Assembly (NCBI GenBank): GCA_903813345.2
Contig: CAIIXF020000001.1
Coordinates: 3,534,001 to 3,598,000, forward strand
Source: Owenia fusiformis
Lineage: Eukaryota
Length of the DNA: 64,000 nucleotides
Direction of reading: 5' to 3'
The notes beneath the pieces were generated by a model, which worked only from the letters and a program-made list of their open reading frames with translations, had not been told where the DNA came from and made no database searches. Each line of letters opens with the position of its first letter. Position 1 is the stretch's first letter. A program made the position numbers and the translations under genes. Shown piece after piece: positions 49,301 to 62,380 of the stretch.

Positions 49301-52300
49301 ATCACAAAGTATCAATTAAAAAGAAAGTCCTCATAAAAAATACTTTGAAGTTTCAAGCAGATTTAGTGGGATATTAACCCATGGACTCTCAAGATTATTT
49401 TCCTCTCTTAAAAGCTCATGATTAACCCATTAATTGTTAGAATAAGATCCATGTAACATGTCCAATAGACAATAAATGTAAAAAAAAATAAAAATGGATT
49501 TTTAATAAAACACAAAGAACCAATTTATTTATGATACATTCAATTCACATTCATTCAGTGTTGCCTAACTTGTATCACAAAGTATAAGCTTGGATTGATA
49601 AAGATAATTCAATCTTGGAGACAAAATCTATAACAGCAATTATTATTAGCAGTCCAAAAATATGACACAAGAAACACATCAAATGTCTTGCAAGACAGTG
49701 CATAAAATGTAACTGCAGTAAAACAACAATAAGATTTTTATAGCACTGGGTAACTTAATGATCTTAGTTTCACTAAGCTGTCATAAGCTCGAGTCATCCC
49801 AGCATGCTTATATATCACATGTCCCTCTGCATAGAGCGATCCTGGCAGTAGAAAAAGAAACACTGGGAGAACAATTTGCTGTTGAGGAAGATCAGGTAGT
49901 TTAATCAATAAAATCAGTTTCACATTTTAGTTTCAGTGATTTCATCTAACCTTTGAGGATAGGTGAAAATAGGCGAGACAAATTTAATCCAAGTGTGATG
50001 AAATCCTACCATTATAGTTCAATAATATCAAAAGATGTCTGAAAATTCAGTCTGTAAAATCAGGAATGTTTTAAAAAGTTGGCGAGGTAGTGTTGCCTCA
50101 CCTGACTCATTGGATATATCAGTTATCATTGTTATCATTGTGTGAAAGAACTGGCAAATCCATAATCTCGCCACAATCCCTTGTGACCTCCCACGCCACA
50201 CACCTCGACACAAGGGTGAGGGTGGAAAGGAGGATGGGTCCAGAGACTTACATTACAATTATAACAGTTGACTTACCCAGTGTCATAAATACCCCCATTC
50301 CAGCCAGTATCAGGTGTGTCAGGCAGGTGCTCCTTGTAGTAGTCTATACCATAGGTGTCATCAAACTCACTGTTATCACTGTCTCCTAGGTTAGGATCAT
50401 CGAGATCAGGCTTGGCATTTGGGTTTGGTCCTGGAAATAAAGATTAGATAAATAAATATAAATATGATAAGCCAGTGTACTCTTTTCAGGATGGGAAGAA
50501 AATGTATTTGTTAATGACATAATTTAGTAATTCTTCATTTCACTAATTCAATAGTGAACAACACAATTCCAGTTCTACAATGAACAAGTGACAGGCCTGT
50601 ATCCAGGATTTGCCGAGGGGGGTTCACTTTTTGAAAATGTTGGTCCAAAAATGGCCAAAATCACTTAAAAGGTGCTCAGAATGGTGAAAAACTGCATGAT
50701 TTTGAAAGATCTTTTGGCCAGGGGGGGGGAGGTTCGCTTAAACCCATGGAACCCCCCTGGCTCAAGCCTGAGTGAAATCAATAGGCAAGTGTTTTCTAAC
50801 TGATCTCATCAAAAAAAACAATTAAAGAAAGAAGAACTAGAAATCTTTATATTAGCAATTCATGAGCTGATATGGAAAGAACCGGCGAGATATCTAGAAT
50901 ATGTATCAGCCTTAAATTCTGATCTTGGAAACATTCTACTGAGTTGATGCCCAGCTTAAAGGCATCTATATTCATTGTATATTCTCCTGATACAATCTCT
51001 TTACTTTTGTTCAGGGGAGAATCAAACACAAAACTTTTTCTTTTAAGATTTTCATACTTTGACTGTTTACAAGAGTGCGATTTAATTCAGTACCATATAT
51101 ATTCTTAAGTCTAGAAATCACATTTACTTCAATATTGAAACATATCTTTGATTTCTATGCTACTATGTGTATATGGGAAAGCCATCATGGTTCAATAATT
51201 TGGATGCCTTGACATATTTGCAACAAGTTGCAATCAATTCCTGCTAATCTCCACTGAATGAGGAATCAGAAGCTATTACCCGACCTGTCATGCTACAAAT
51301 ATCCCTGTCAATATTCAATCAACCCTGTCAATATTCAATCAACCCTGTCAATATTCAATCAACCCTGTCAATATTCAATCAACCCTGTCAATATTCAATC
51401 AACCCCTGCCTCAGTCCTTTAACAAACAACTGAACCATACAGCAGTATCCTGTTGCTGTATCTATTGATATGTGATGTTTCTCTTTCAATGATTCCGTGG
51501 GTCAATAATGCTAAAACATCAATGTCCTTTATATGGATCCCCTATAACCTCATAATTATCAAAATCCAATTTTAATCAAACTAATAGGGGAACTTTTATT
51601 TACTGTATCGAGTAAAACGAATGAAGTACATAATACAATAAATTAATTTTCATTTTTGAATGATGACTTTGGTTTGTATTCTACCTCAAATTAGTTATAT
51701 TGACAAAATTCTACTCTCCAGTTATTCCACCATGCCCTTGGAAATAGCAGAGTTAATTGTATGAGACCCATGGGACAGTAGGCCTGATTGATTGACAACT
51801 GCATTGACATAGAGCTGATGAATAATGAACTTATATATGTGATTTCACTTATAATGCTACACAGCTTAGAAGAAATGATTATTTTCTCATTGATGGCAAT
51901 TATTTCTTGAAGAAATCCTCACCCCAACCACTACTACTATTGAGCCCTGTATTTTGAGGTCCATAATATGCCAGTAGACAAGATTATATATACAGTAGAA
52001 CCTGTCTAATTGAAACGCCACTGGAACCAGCCAAAAGTGTTTGGATTAGCAGGTGTTCACATTTTAAGTGGGACTGAAAAACAGTGTTCATATTGAGAGG
52101 TGTTTGAATATACAGGTATTATATCATTCATATCCCAGTGACTGGTACTCAATAGTACAATATTGTAGATATACATGTATTGATTGTATTCACAAAGAAG
52201 ATCATATTCTATATCTTAAGGATTCTGTGCTCAGGAGGATGATGCATTCTATTAGATTACATTGGTATGGGCAATACATAAATCATCATATTTACGTCAA

Positions 52301-55300
52301 GTGATCAAAGAGAATACGAGAGCATCCCAACTTTTCTTCAATAAGAAAAACAGAATGGGATTCTTCTCTGACGTTTATGCGGCTTTAAACAACCCCAATA
52401 CATGGTGAAATGCAACTGTTTCATACATGCACATCACCAGCGCATTCAAACCCAGCTGTCATGAAACTTATGAACAACTGGAAGATAAAATACAGGCAAA
52501 TATATATATTAATGCCCAGAGAGACAAAATATGCACTTGGAAACCACACAAATTACACTTGTTCAGTTAGACCCAAAAATACCATTCATTCCATAAAATA
52601 ATAGCATATTACCTGGTGTCAAATTGTTGGATCATACTAGTTTTCTCATATAGTGAGGAAACAAATAAATAACAGTGCAGTGAAATGAACCACACATGGG
52701 GTATGATTTACCCTCACCAGACTATAGGGATAACTTCAAATAATGAATGTATCTTTTTCAATGTCTTTGTGACATGACAACATACCTTGGAGCTCATATA
52801 CCAAAGTCTCAAATTATGTAAAAAACAACAACAATAGCACCAGTCAAAAAGAAGAGCAGCGACCACCCACTCAATCTATTGCGGCTCAAATATGTTGTCT
52901 TGTTTGTTGTTTCTTACGGCTCTATTACATTTAAGTGTTCTATCAATGTCCATGTTGTTAGGTTTTCCGCAGAAACATCTATGATAGGTAAAGATGAGCC
53001 ATGAGATAGGGTATCATATAATGTTATATTACACTACCAGGAGAAGTCTACACATAAAACTGAATACAGCTTATGCAGGCAATTACTTAAGGGTAGGGAT
53101 TAACAGGTAATCTCTAGGAATAGGGTTTCTAAAGATTTTAGAACAAAAGCAGGGATTATATAATACCATTATCAGATCCCTATTGCTTCTAGGGGTTAAG
53201 GTCTACAAATTAAAAGTGAAGGTACCATTTTAAAGGTGGGAGGGTGGGGGTTACGTCATAACTATATTGATTACATATCTAATCAATGTTGATTTGACCT
53301 GACCCTTTAACTCCCAGTTTTGTGGCCATGAATTGAAAATGACAGTGAAAATTTTAATTCCCGATAGGCATATACAAGTTCTAACCATTCGGATGGCATC
53401 TCCACACCAATTCCATTGCTTATGCTGGTTGGCATAAATCAAAACTAGAGATATATAATTATAGGGAAACAAGTTGAACATATCCTCTCACAGTATGCGC
53501 CACAGTGAAACACAACCACATAAATTACAGCTTTTCCTAATTAGCGCTCAGAACTGACTGTAAAACACCAAATCAGCTTTGGGACAAATTCATCATATTT
53601 GGGGGTATATACTATATAGAGCAGCCAGCCGTGGTTGTTGGTTGGTGGAAATAAATTGCAAGCACAGTGTGTTCCCTTTGGGATGAATAACAAAATGCGC
53701 AGCCTCCTTGGGGTGTAAGACTTTCACGCAACACCTGGCATTAGTAGTTGGCTAATTATCTCAGATCGTTGAGATCAACACTTAGGACTGAAGTGCATTG
53801 ATTTACAACTGCACTGACTGATGATTCTGCAATGTTTTCCTCCTCCATTCAGAAAATAGCTTCTTTTGATATTCTACTAATAAGTATTTTATGTATTACA
53901 GTCTATTTAATCAAAAAAAAATTTGCAACTTCAGCAAATTGTGACACAAACACAAAATGTGATACCAAAATAATTTTCATTTCCGACAATTCTCCATAGA
54001 ACACATCAAATGATGATATCACATTACATTCAGTAAGATAAACGCGCTTGAAATTCCCAGGCCAAAATGTGTCTCTTGTGATGACTTAAGAGGGAAAATT
54101 ACATAGAGAAAAAGACAATGTATGCAAACATCTAACAATTAGGAAATAGAAACTCTACAAGCCTACTAAAAGCCTATATTACATTAGCAAAAGGCAATCT
54201 ATCTTGTCAATGGCTAAAGCAATCTTAGCATCACTTCAATGAGGTATTCCGCCTTTATCCTGATTCGGGGATTATAGTGATATAGCGTAAATCACCTATG
54301 ATGTATCGTTTACTAGCTCATCCATCATTACTCTGATCAGATTCACCTTCTAATCTTAAAACAGCTTGTATATATAGGGCATACATGGTATACAGGTATG
54401 TGTGGCTCTAGTGGAACTTTCAACCGGAATTTTAACGTAACAGTTTCATACTTTGTTCCTTTTTGTATTGAATCTCTTTCCAACAAGCCATGAAATGTAA
54501 AAAGATGATAAACTGATTTGAACATCAATGTAGATTAATGATGATGATGTTTTCTCTGAATTATGTAATATGACTGTTTTTATGACGGCAGCTCTATCAT
54601 AATTATATGTAATCGAAGAAAATCAGATTGATACAGTCAAGTTCAGTTGATAACTCAATATCCTCATTTGTTTTCGGATTAGAAAGGCACAGGAAGTCAA
54701 TCTATATGCACTTCAAAATATATACTGTACCGTTTCAAATATCCTGTTCATAAACTGTATGCAATAATACTCTATTTTCAGCACTATTAATTTCAAAATT
54801 TATTTATATCAGAAGCACAGGGGATGATTAGTACATTATACCCATTGTAATTTTCCCAGAAGTAATTTTCTTTGAATACTACATCAACAAATGTGATTAT
54901 GTAATTTCCCTTCAATCTGAAGCCAGATTTCTTCAAACAATCGATTTTAATCTTTGAGGTGTCACCGTTCACAAGTAGAAATTGCATCACAGACTAGCAG
55001 TATTACAATATTAGATCATTAATATCAGTTTAATCGCCTTTTGAAAAAGAGGAATAGGAAACTAGAGAGGGTTAAACAATGTTAAGAGGAAATTACAATC
55101 ACTTTCTTATGTACAAAACCCTAACACTCTCAGAAAAAATTGTGCTCTATGAATATTTATAGCCTATCAATTTCTTGGAAAAATAATATCATTTTCTAAA
55201 GAAAACAGTATCAGTTCTTATTCAATTAGTGAAATATGTATGAAAAGTATTAGGTTAGCAGAGTAACTATCAGTGATGTATGAAATGTAACAGATAAGGC

Positions 55301-56073
55301 TAGGTAAGGGTAAGCAAAATATATTTTATCCCGTGTATATTCACCTGTAATTTGAAACCAGACTCATATGAGTCCAGTCTTTCATCCTACCCCTATCTAC
55401 TTCAACTCAAGAGGGGTGTGTAGGGGAGGGGGGGTCACAAGGGGTGAAGGGGTGGAGAAGTGTATATAAATACCTGGCAGTATGGTCAGCTGACCAGAGG
55501 TTGATTTTCTCCCATATTGGTTGAGGCCCTGACAAGCAAATGTTCCAGCATCATCCATCTGAAGGTTATCAAGTCGCAGTCTGTAAACAAAAACATATAG
55601 GAATGACACAATCCGGCAAAATGTTAATACATACAGATGATTTCATTTCTATCCCACACTAAGATTATTTGTGATGTAATAAAAATCAGTCAGCTATGGT
55701 TTCTGATTAATTTTATTGTTTTAACAAAACATGGATAAATTGCTAAATAGTTCTTTTCCAGGAATGGTTCAATGCTTCTGAAGGATCCTTGGGAGATTTT
55801 TTGTGTAGGTATAGCATATAAACAAACAAACAATACAAAAAGAAAGGAACAAACAGACAAACATACTATTAAATCACCATTGTAAATACCTTGATCCCCA
55901 ATGTGTGCGTTTAATGTTGATCCTTCCTCCCATGTCTTCATTCTTCAGAGATACCTCATTTCTGAACCACCTATATCTTGGTGCTGGGTCACCTGTTATC
56001 TCACACCTGAGTCTCAGTGACTCTCCCGTATACTTTGTCATATTCTTCATCACAAAATCTACGCGTACATAGC
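40349..56073 (-). CDS. Ror: Ror family receptor tyrosine kinase, 5'-incomplete. Exons: 55890-56073 and 55474-55580 (Ig), 50277-50430 (acidic linker), 46161-46300, 45613-45822 and 44764-44874 (Frizzled-like CRD), 44318-44461 and 43693-43797 (Kringle), 40349-41943 (TM, kinase, Ser/Pro/Gln tail). About 916 codons recovered.
   Basis: Ig: [20 protein letters not shown]...WGSRLRLDNL...[21 protein letters not shown]...[10 protein letters not shown]...ICREEC. Kringle: [11 protein letters not shown]...HNYCRNPG...PWCF. Kinase: [41 protein letters not shown]. Intron phases are consistent. No signal-peptide exon was found in 56074-64000. Confidence 0.96.
45946..46095. repeat. ~150-bp dispersed direct repeat, copy 1 (copy 2 at 48032-48180)
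   Basis: AGGTATCGCAATC...CATGACAT...GTGGTTACAGAATTCAACAA...GGAAAGTAAACCTCACAATCTGTTG...ACAACAAATGTAA is found in two adjacent Ror introns. Confidence 0.9.
46586..47669 (-). mobile_element. Deleted mariner element with TA TSD
   Basis: TA|CGAGGGGTGATCCAAAAGTCTTGGACGCC...GGCGTCCAAGACTTTTGGATCACCCCTCG|TA (29-bp perfect TIR, longer imperfect). The minus-strand relic [18 protein letters not shown] resembles the mariner motif HPPYSPDLAPCDFFLF. Confidence 0.9.
47743..47915. repeat. 50-bp tandem repeat, about 3.5 copies
   Basis: GTATTATG recurs at 47743, 47793, 47843 and 47893. Confidence 0.9.
48032..48180. repeat. ~150-bp dispersed direct repeat, copy 2
   Basis: High identity to 45946-46095. Confidence 0.9.
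50592..50770. mobile_element. MITE with CAGGC...GCCTG termini and 5-bp TSD AGTGA
   Basis: AGTGA|CAGGCCTGTATCCAGG...CCTGGCTCAAGCCTG|AGTGA; internal sequence shared with 17852-18031. Confidence 0.75.
51303..51405. repeat. Perfect 20-bp tandem repeat (CCCTGTCAATATTCAATCAA) x5
   Basis: Directly visible. Confidence 0.95.
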
Positions 56074-57394
56074 CTGCAAATACATAAATGTGAAATCAGG
56101 GTCAAAACATATTTTACACAATTTTTAGCATAATAATTTTTATATTTCTTATGTAAGTGCTTCATTTTAAGATTTTGCACATTTATATTGAAAGTAATTA
56201 TACATTTGTTATTAGTCAATATATACATTTGTTGAAGATTTGAGGGTTTCGCAGACAGAGTGAGATGCAATTGTTTATCATCTAGAGCCAGGTTTAATTC
56301 TGAAATCTATATCCATTTATTCCAAATACTACATTGTTTCATTCGTAATTTTTTTCAAACAAATTCAGATCAAAGGATTGGCCAACATTTCCATTAATGC
56401 CTGGCTAGAATGTGATTCTATAAAGGTAGGGTTTACGACTGTCTGGATTGTCTGTTGAATTTCGAATATTGCCCTTCATTGTCTATTGGCATTTGCAATG
56501 TCATGCCCCTGTTATGTTAACATCCCTATTAGAGCATGAATTAGCCAGTGTCTTGTTCAAATCCATTTCTATGGATACAGCACTTATCAAGTTAGAGTAG
56601 CTAAGCAGTGGTACATTGTATTACCCAAGGTACCATTAGACAAAGAGTGCTGTAATATATCAAATTACCAATATCAACATTAATGCCCTTTTCAATTGAG
56701 GTTTATCTTCAATTGCTACTATTCTAGTACAAGCATTTTGGGACAAGAGTGAACCGTTACTGCCTGATCCTCCCCCTGTTGGGAAAAGACTCTGACTTAG
56801 AAGCTGAGTTCATCAAAAATACCTCATTATCCAATAGATTAAAATTCAACAGGTTACATATATCAGCTACCTACAAGGCACCCTCGTTGGGACTCACTTA
56901 TTTCCATATAATGAAGAACAATTGCTTTCTAGTAATGAATCCAGTTGAATTGTCCCAGGAGATCACTTGGAAAGGCAATTAACGAACTTGATGTCATAAC
57001 AAGCAGACAAGGAGAATAAGTTAGATTCGCATACAGTCTGTCTATCTACCGCATACAGTCTGTCTATCTACCCACGGGGAAATTATGGTTGACCCTTTTG
57101 TGATGATGATTTTGCAATTTCCGTAAAAAAATCGAAATAGTTTTTACATGGTGGTTTGCAATCTAACAGGAACATTAAAAATCAATTTTGACAGGTCGAT
57201 GACAAGATTGTCCAGTTTAGGAAGTTTTATTTGTTCATTTTCTCATGAACGTTAATGTTGGAGGAAATTGAAAAGTTTATCGCTGGTTACAGATGTTAGA
57301 CCACTGGACTAGTATAGCAATGATGTATAACTGAACATTCTGAGAACGGATGAAGTACAGAATATGAATAGTTGATAGCAACATGTGATACTGC

Positions 57395-57655
57395 CAGAAT
57401 GATATGATACCAGAATGATATGACATAGGATGGTATGGTATGACACGATATGACATGGCAAATATAACATGATATATGGTTTTGTATGGCATCAATTTGA
57501 TATGACATAGGATTTTATGGTATGGCATGGTTTGGTATGATATGGCATATTATGATATGGTTTGGTATGGTACTGGAATGAAATGACATAGGATGATTTG
57601 GTCTGATATCAGTTAATATGACATGACATTCTAAGACATAATTTGGTATGACAGA
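57395..57655. repeat. Degenerate pentanucleotide microsatellite (ATGGT/ATGAT/ATGAC)n
   Basis: Directly visible. Confidence 0.8.
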
Positions 57656-60600
57656 ACTGTAAGCCACTCTATGGTATGAATCATTATAAATGCATTATTC
57701 AATACAAATGTATAAAATATAACAATGATCAATACAAACAATCCCAAATTGATGCACCATACACCATCTAGTATATTGTAGACTACAATGTCATCTTAGC
57801 ATTGGCTGTTACAACCTGCCTGTCATAAATCTGTGACATTTCCACCTTTATTAACATGTTACATATCACCAAAACACATGTTCTCAGGGCCTATATAACG
57901 TATGCATTACATCATTACACATGTCAACTTTAATTGAATTTCCGCTTGATATATACTTTAGCTATTAACAATCATATATTTTATAAATAGGGCTTGTAAA
58001 ATTAATGAGAATATGTAAATCATTTTTTGGAAGTTTTAGTATAAATGATAATATATGGAGAATGATTTCTTGAATATTATCTCAACCAAACTTTTATTAA
58101 TAGCTTCATTCCAAAGGAAAATGAGCAATAAATGTCCATATTTGATATAAAAGTGATGTATTTGTTGACCTTTCTTGAAAGCTGATTTTATGATATACAT
58201 ATTTTCATTTTTGATTTCATAAGCCATAACCAGAAGTATGTCTAAGTGTTGTATTTGGCAAGTGAAAGGTACAATATGTTTTGCAATGTTACCATCTGTT
58301 GATGTTATAGATAAAAAGGGGTCATCCATTGGTTACTGTCTTGTGGCCTTCATTTACGTGCAATATTCATAACTCCAAGTAAATCTTAGAATGTTTTGGA
58401 GCAGGCCACATCCATGGTAAAGATCTACTAATAGCATTGAATAAAATAGGATCTGCATCCTATTTGCACCCAGATCAAACCAATAATTACACCCAATTGA
58501 GAATTCCAAATATGGGATACCTCAGACATTGTTTCATGTGAAACATGTTAAAATGAGAATTTGCAAGTTGAAATCCCGGTAAGGACATGGCTGTCTGATA
58601 ATTTAAATGTCCATGACTTGGAGTCAGAGGCAGACATTCACACGCAAAATATATAGATCATCCAATATTACCAAAAATTAGTTAGCCAGAAAACAATTCA
58701 TTAAGGTGAAACATTCTGTGAAATTCTGGCAATAATAAGGACAAACTCTTTCGAAACAATTGAGATACTTAGAGAACCTTCGGGCTAAGTGTACACTTGT
58801 CCACTTGTGCTAGCATACTGCCCCTAGAAAACTCACAGTAAACAAGATCATTAGACATAAATACTGCACCAAGTTTTCTCCAAAAATTACATACATCCTT
58901 TTTCATGTGAATCAAGAAATTGTCCTTCAGATCTTCAGATATGTTCAGATCTTGACAATATGGTGAGGACACGGGAGTATTATGCCCAAAACTCAATATA
59001 TCATTAACAATATTCCAAACAGCTTCACTGAACTAATAAACAATGAGCTTGAAATTAATGGAAACACTGGACAATGTGGCATTGCGATCAAGAGAATTGA
59101 ACTTTTGACTGACATTGTTGGGTTGGGTCAAAATTTGGAAAATGTGAAGTAACTAACTTTAAGGAATCTTTCTGTATATATCTTGACATGAGATGTAATA
59201 TAGGATATGCTTCTTATGTTTATGCCATGTTGAATTGGCAATCAAGGAATGAAATGAATAGGTTTGGCCTTTTAATGAATGTAAGTAAGTTTGTTTCATG
59301 TGAGAAAGGAACCTGGGTGGTTAGGCCATCAACTTAAGACAAATGTAGCAATAACCATGGAGGAAATTATAAACATTATGATAAGGGAAAATACATACCA
59401 TTCATTTCTACTAAATTTTAACTTCTTGAGATAATAAGCTATTGAGCAATCTTATCTCCCTTTGGATCCTCTTTCGATCACACGTATAATAAGCATCCCG
59501 CCACATCAATCTAATAGACATTCTATATATAAACACCCTACTCATGATATAACATAAGAATTCAATGACTCTTCAACAGAATTTAACTAAATGTGGTGAA
59601 AAGCTGTTGAGAATTGAATGAAAACAGAAACAGAAAAGAAGAAGATGTTTTTTACGATGCAGACAAAATACTACAAAGCCTGCTCCTTGGTAAATCATGG
59701 TGTAATGTTACGTGGAATCACCTTTCTACCCAACATGGAAACCATCAATGTTTGAGAGAAGAGCTAAAAATCACCACTAAGAAATGCAGAGCATGTAAAA
59801 CACGTCCATCGTTATAAACACTGCTTAACTTTACATATAGTTTTTGTGTTTCCTTGTTGAAATCAGCGGGACCTCCAACACAGCCCCATGTTTTCTGGTC
59901 ATTTGAGATGGCAAAATATGGAGAGACCTTTGATGGTGATACGACTGAGAGAATTCCTCATGAAGATGAACATGTTAAACATATGCATAATTTAACCTAT
60001 GCCTTGGAAATGATTTCACTGATTAAGATTTTCTCAAAATGCATCAAAATCACAAATTATCTCAAATACTTTATATCAGGGTAGAATTTATATGTATTTC
60101 TAAAATCTAATAAAAAATAGCTACAAACAATAATAAAATGTCTGTTATACTGCATCATTCCATTTCACTGATGAGTTTAAAATGCAGCTTAGGGGTACAG
60201 AAAAGTAAAATATTTTGCTTCAATGTACTTAGCTGAATCATCCCCAAATGTCTAAAGTATGGGAAAACACCAACATAGGTGCCACACAGGCTTCTATATA
60301 TGATATCCCAACACAACAAAAACAAAACAAAGATTGGAATTACCTTCAACCTCGAAATGAGCACTCTACCACTAAACTAACTAAGACCTGTAGGCTGATT
60401 CTCGTTCATACCTCACTATAGCTCTTCTAAAGAACACATTGAAACGTTTTGACCTTCAAGTCAAAGTCTATGAGTTAACAACAGAGGTGTCACCCTAGTC
60501 ATTTGTTTTTAAGATAATTACAGGTGGTGATCATTCCATTTTAGTCCTGAACACCTTCAGGGAAAATAAATGAAACGTAGGTTGAAATATGGAGATGAAA

Positions 60601-62119
60601 TGGACCATAAATGTCATTTCATATAGAATGTACACTTACAATATGGGTAAATGGGATATTTCTGTATGCCTTTTGGACAAATTGAAAAAAATGCAATTGT
60701 TATTAAAACAAATGATAAAACATTGGGAGTATCTAATGCACTAATCAAAATGACTACAAATCCAACAGGCAGTTCATATTCATAATGAATATGTTTTTTA
60801 TCACACATATTTACGTAAGATTATCTTGATTTCTAATTGTTAAATAATTGCTGAAACAGTGATATGTTAAATATACCCACAAGGGGCATTCAATAACATT
60901 TCAAATTAACAAAACTCAAGCAGAGACCAATACTGACCATTTAGTTCAAGTACACGTCAGTTCAGAAAAATAAACTGATCAGATTCAATTTTATTTATTT
61001 GTTATTCGAGAAATCTAATCATAAGATAAGAACTCTAAATTTACCTAGCTTAGCATGAATCCGGAATACTAAAAGTTTTTTTTGTTATAAACAACACTTT
61101 GAGTTATTCTTTTGTCAACTTCATACCCTCAATTAGTTGAAAAGATTTGCCAAAAGTAAATGTTAAGCGACTTGAAACCATAGGAACCACTGGGATGGGG
61201 ATGACTTTAAGCCAAAAATATTACGATGACGACTATGGCCTGTCATGATATCGACATCCCTGTGTTATGTTAAACACTGGTTGTATAGGTATGATCAAAC
61301 AAGTGTATATGCCTACTGTGGTACTCTGGTGGCACGTCAAACATATTTTGATATGTTGATCATCTGTTTGAGATGACAGGTCTGTTAGAGCATGTATGAA
61401 ACCTGTGGAGTAATATGTAACAATGCATATTTGGACATATTTGTGTCTCCATAAGTTTCAAGTAAACACAGGTATGATGTGACCCATCACATAGGTGACA
61501 TGTACATATTTAAAGTACAAGTCAACACTGGAGGCCAACTTTATTTCAATTTCAATTATTCAAAGTTCAGTGTAAATCTACAATACAAACTGTGTGGTAC
61601 GGTTTAACTTATTGTTAACTGCTGTTCCTCATGCCTTATTTTACAATAGAGAAATCCCCCCCCCCCAAAAAAAAAACTCCCAAGAACAATATCGAAAATT
61701 GCTTTGGTTTGAAACACAGCTCTCAAATCCAACCCAGCAATTCATGATGAATACCAATGAGTGTAATAAAAAAGCTCGTATAGAAAAGCAATTAATAAAA
61801 CCACTATCATCATGGGTCATTTGCCATTGCCATAAATCCCAGTCTTTAGCTGCTGGTGATCATTATGGTCTTCTGTTTATTTCTATCATTTATCCCTGAT
61901 GTATAGTTTATCATTGAGATACATGCAAACAAGTTCATTGCTAGTGAAGTGATGGACATTACAGTGACTTATAGCAGGAAAAGACAAGTGTACTGCATTG
62001 AATGAGGAAGTTCCTGTTGATCAATTCAAGTCAAGTATGAACTAAAGCGCTTAATCTCAATAGCATGATGCTTGACATTGTATTTGTTTGATGCATTCCT
62101 GCTATCTCTTACCCAAGAA

Positions 62120-62380
62120 ATACCCACATATATTATATACCTGTACCCATATACTCCTACCCCATAAAATATGCATAGATATACCTCTACCCCATAAAAT
62201 ACCTACATATATATCACCTAACCATGAGAATCTCCCTTTTATCCACAAAACATCCAAACACATAAAATGCCCATCTATACCCTTACCCCATAACATACCC
62301 ATTTATACCCTTACCCCATAACATACCCATCTATACCCTTACCCCATAACATACCCATTTATACCCCTACCCCCATATTT
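62120..62380. repeat. Degenerate ~28-bp tandem repeat (CCCCATAACATACCCATTTATACCCTTA)
   Basis: Directly visible; cleanest at 62270-62375. Confidence 0.8.
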
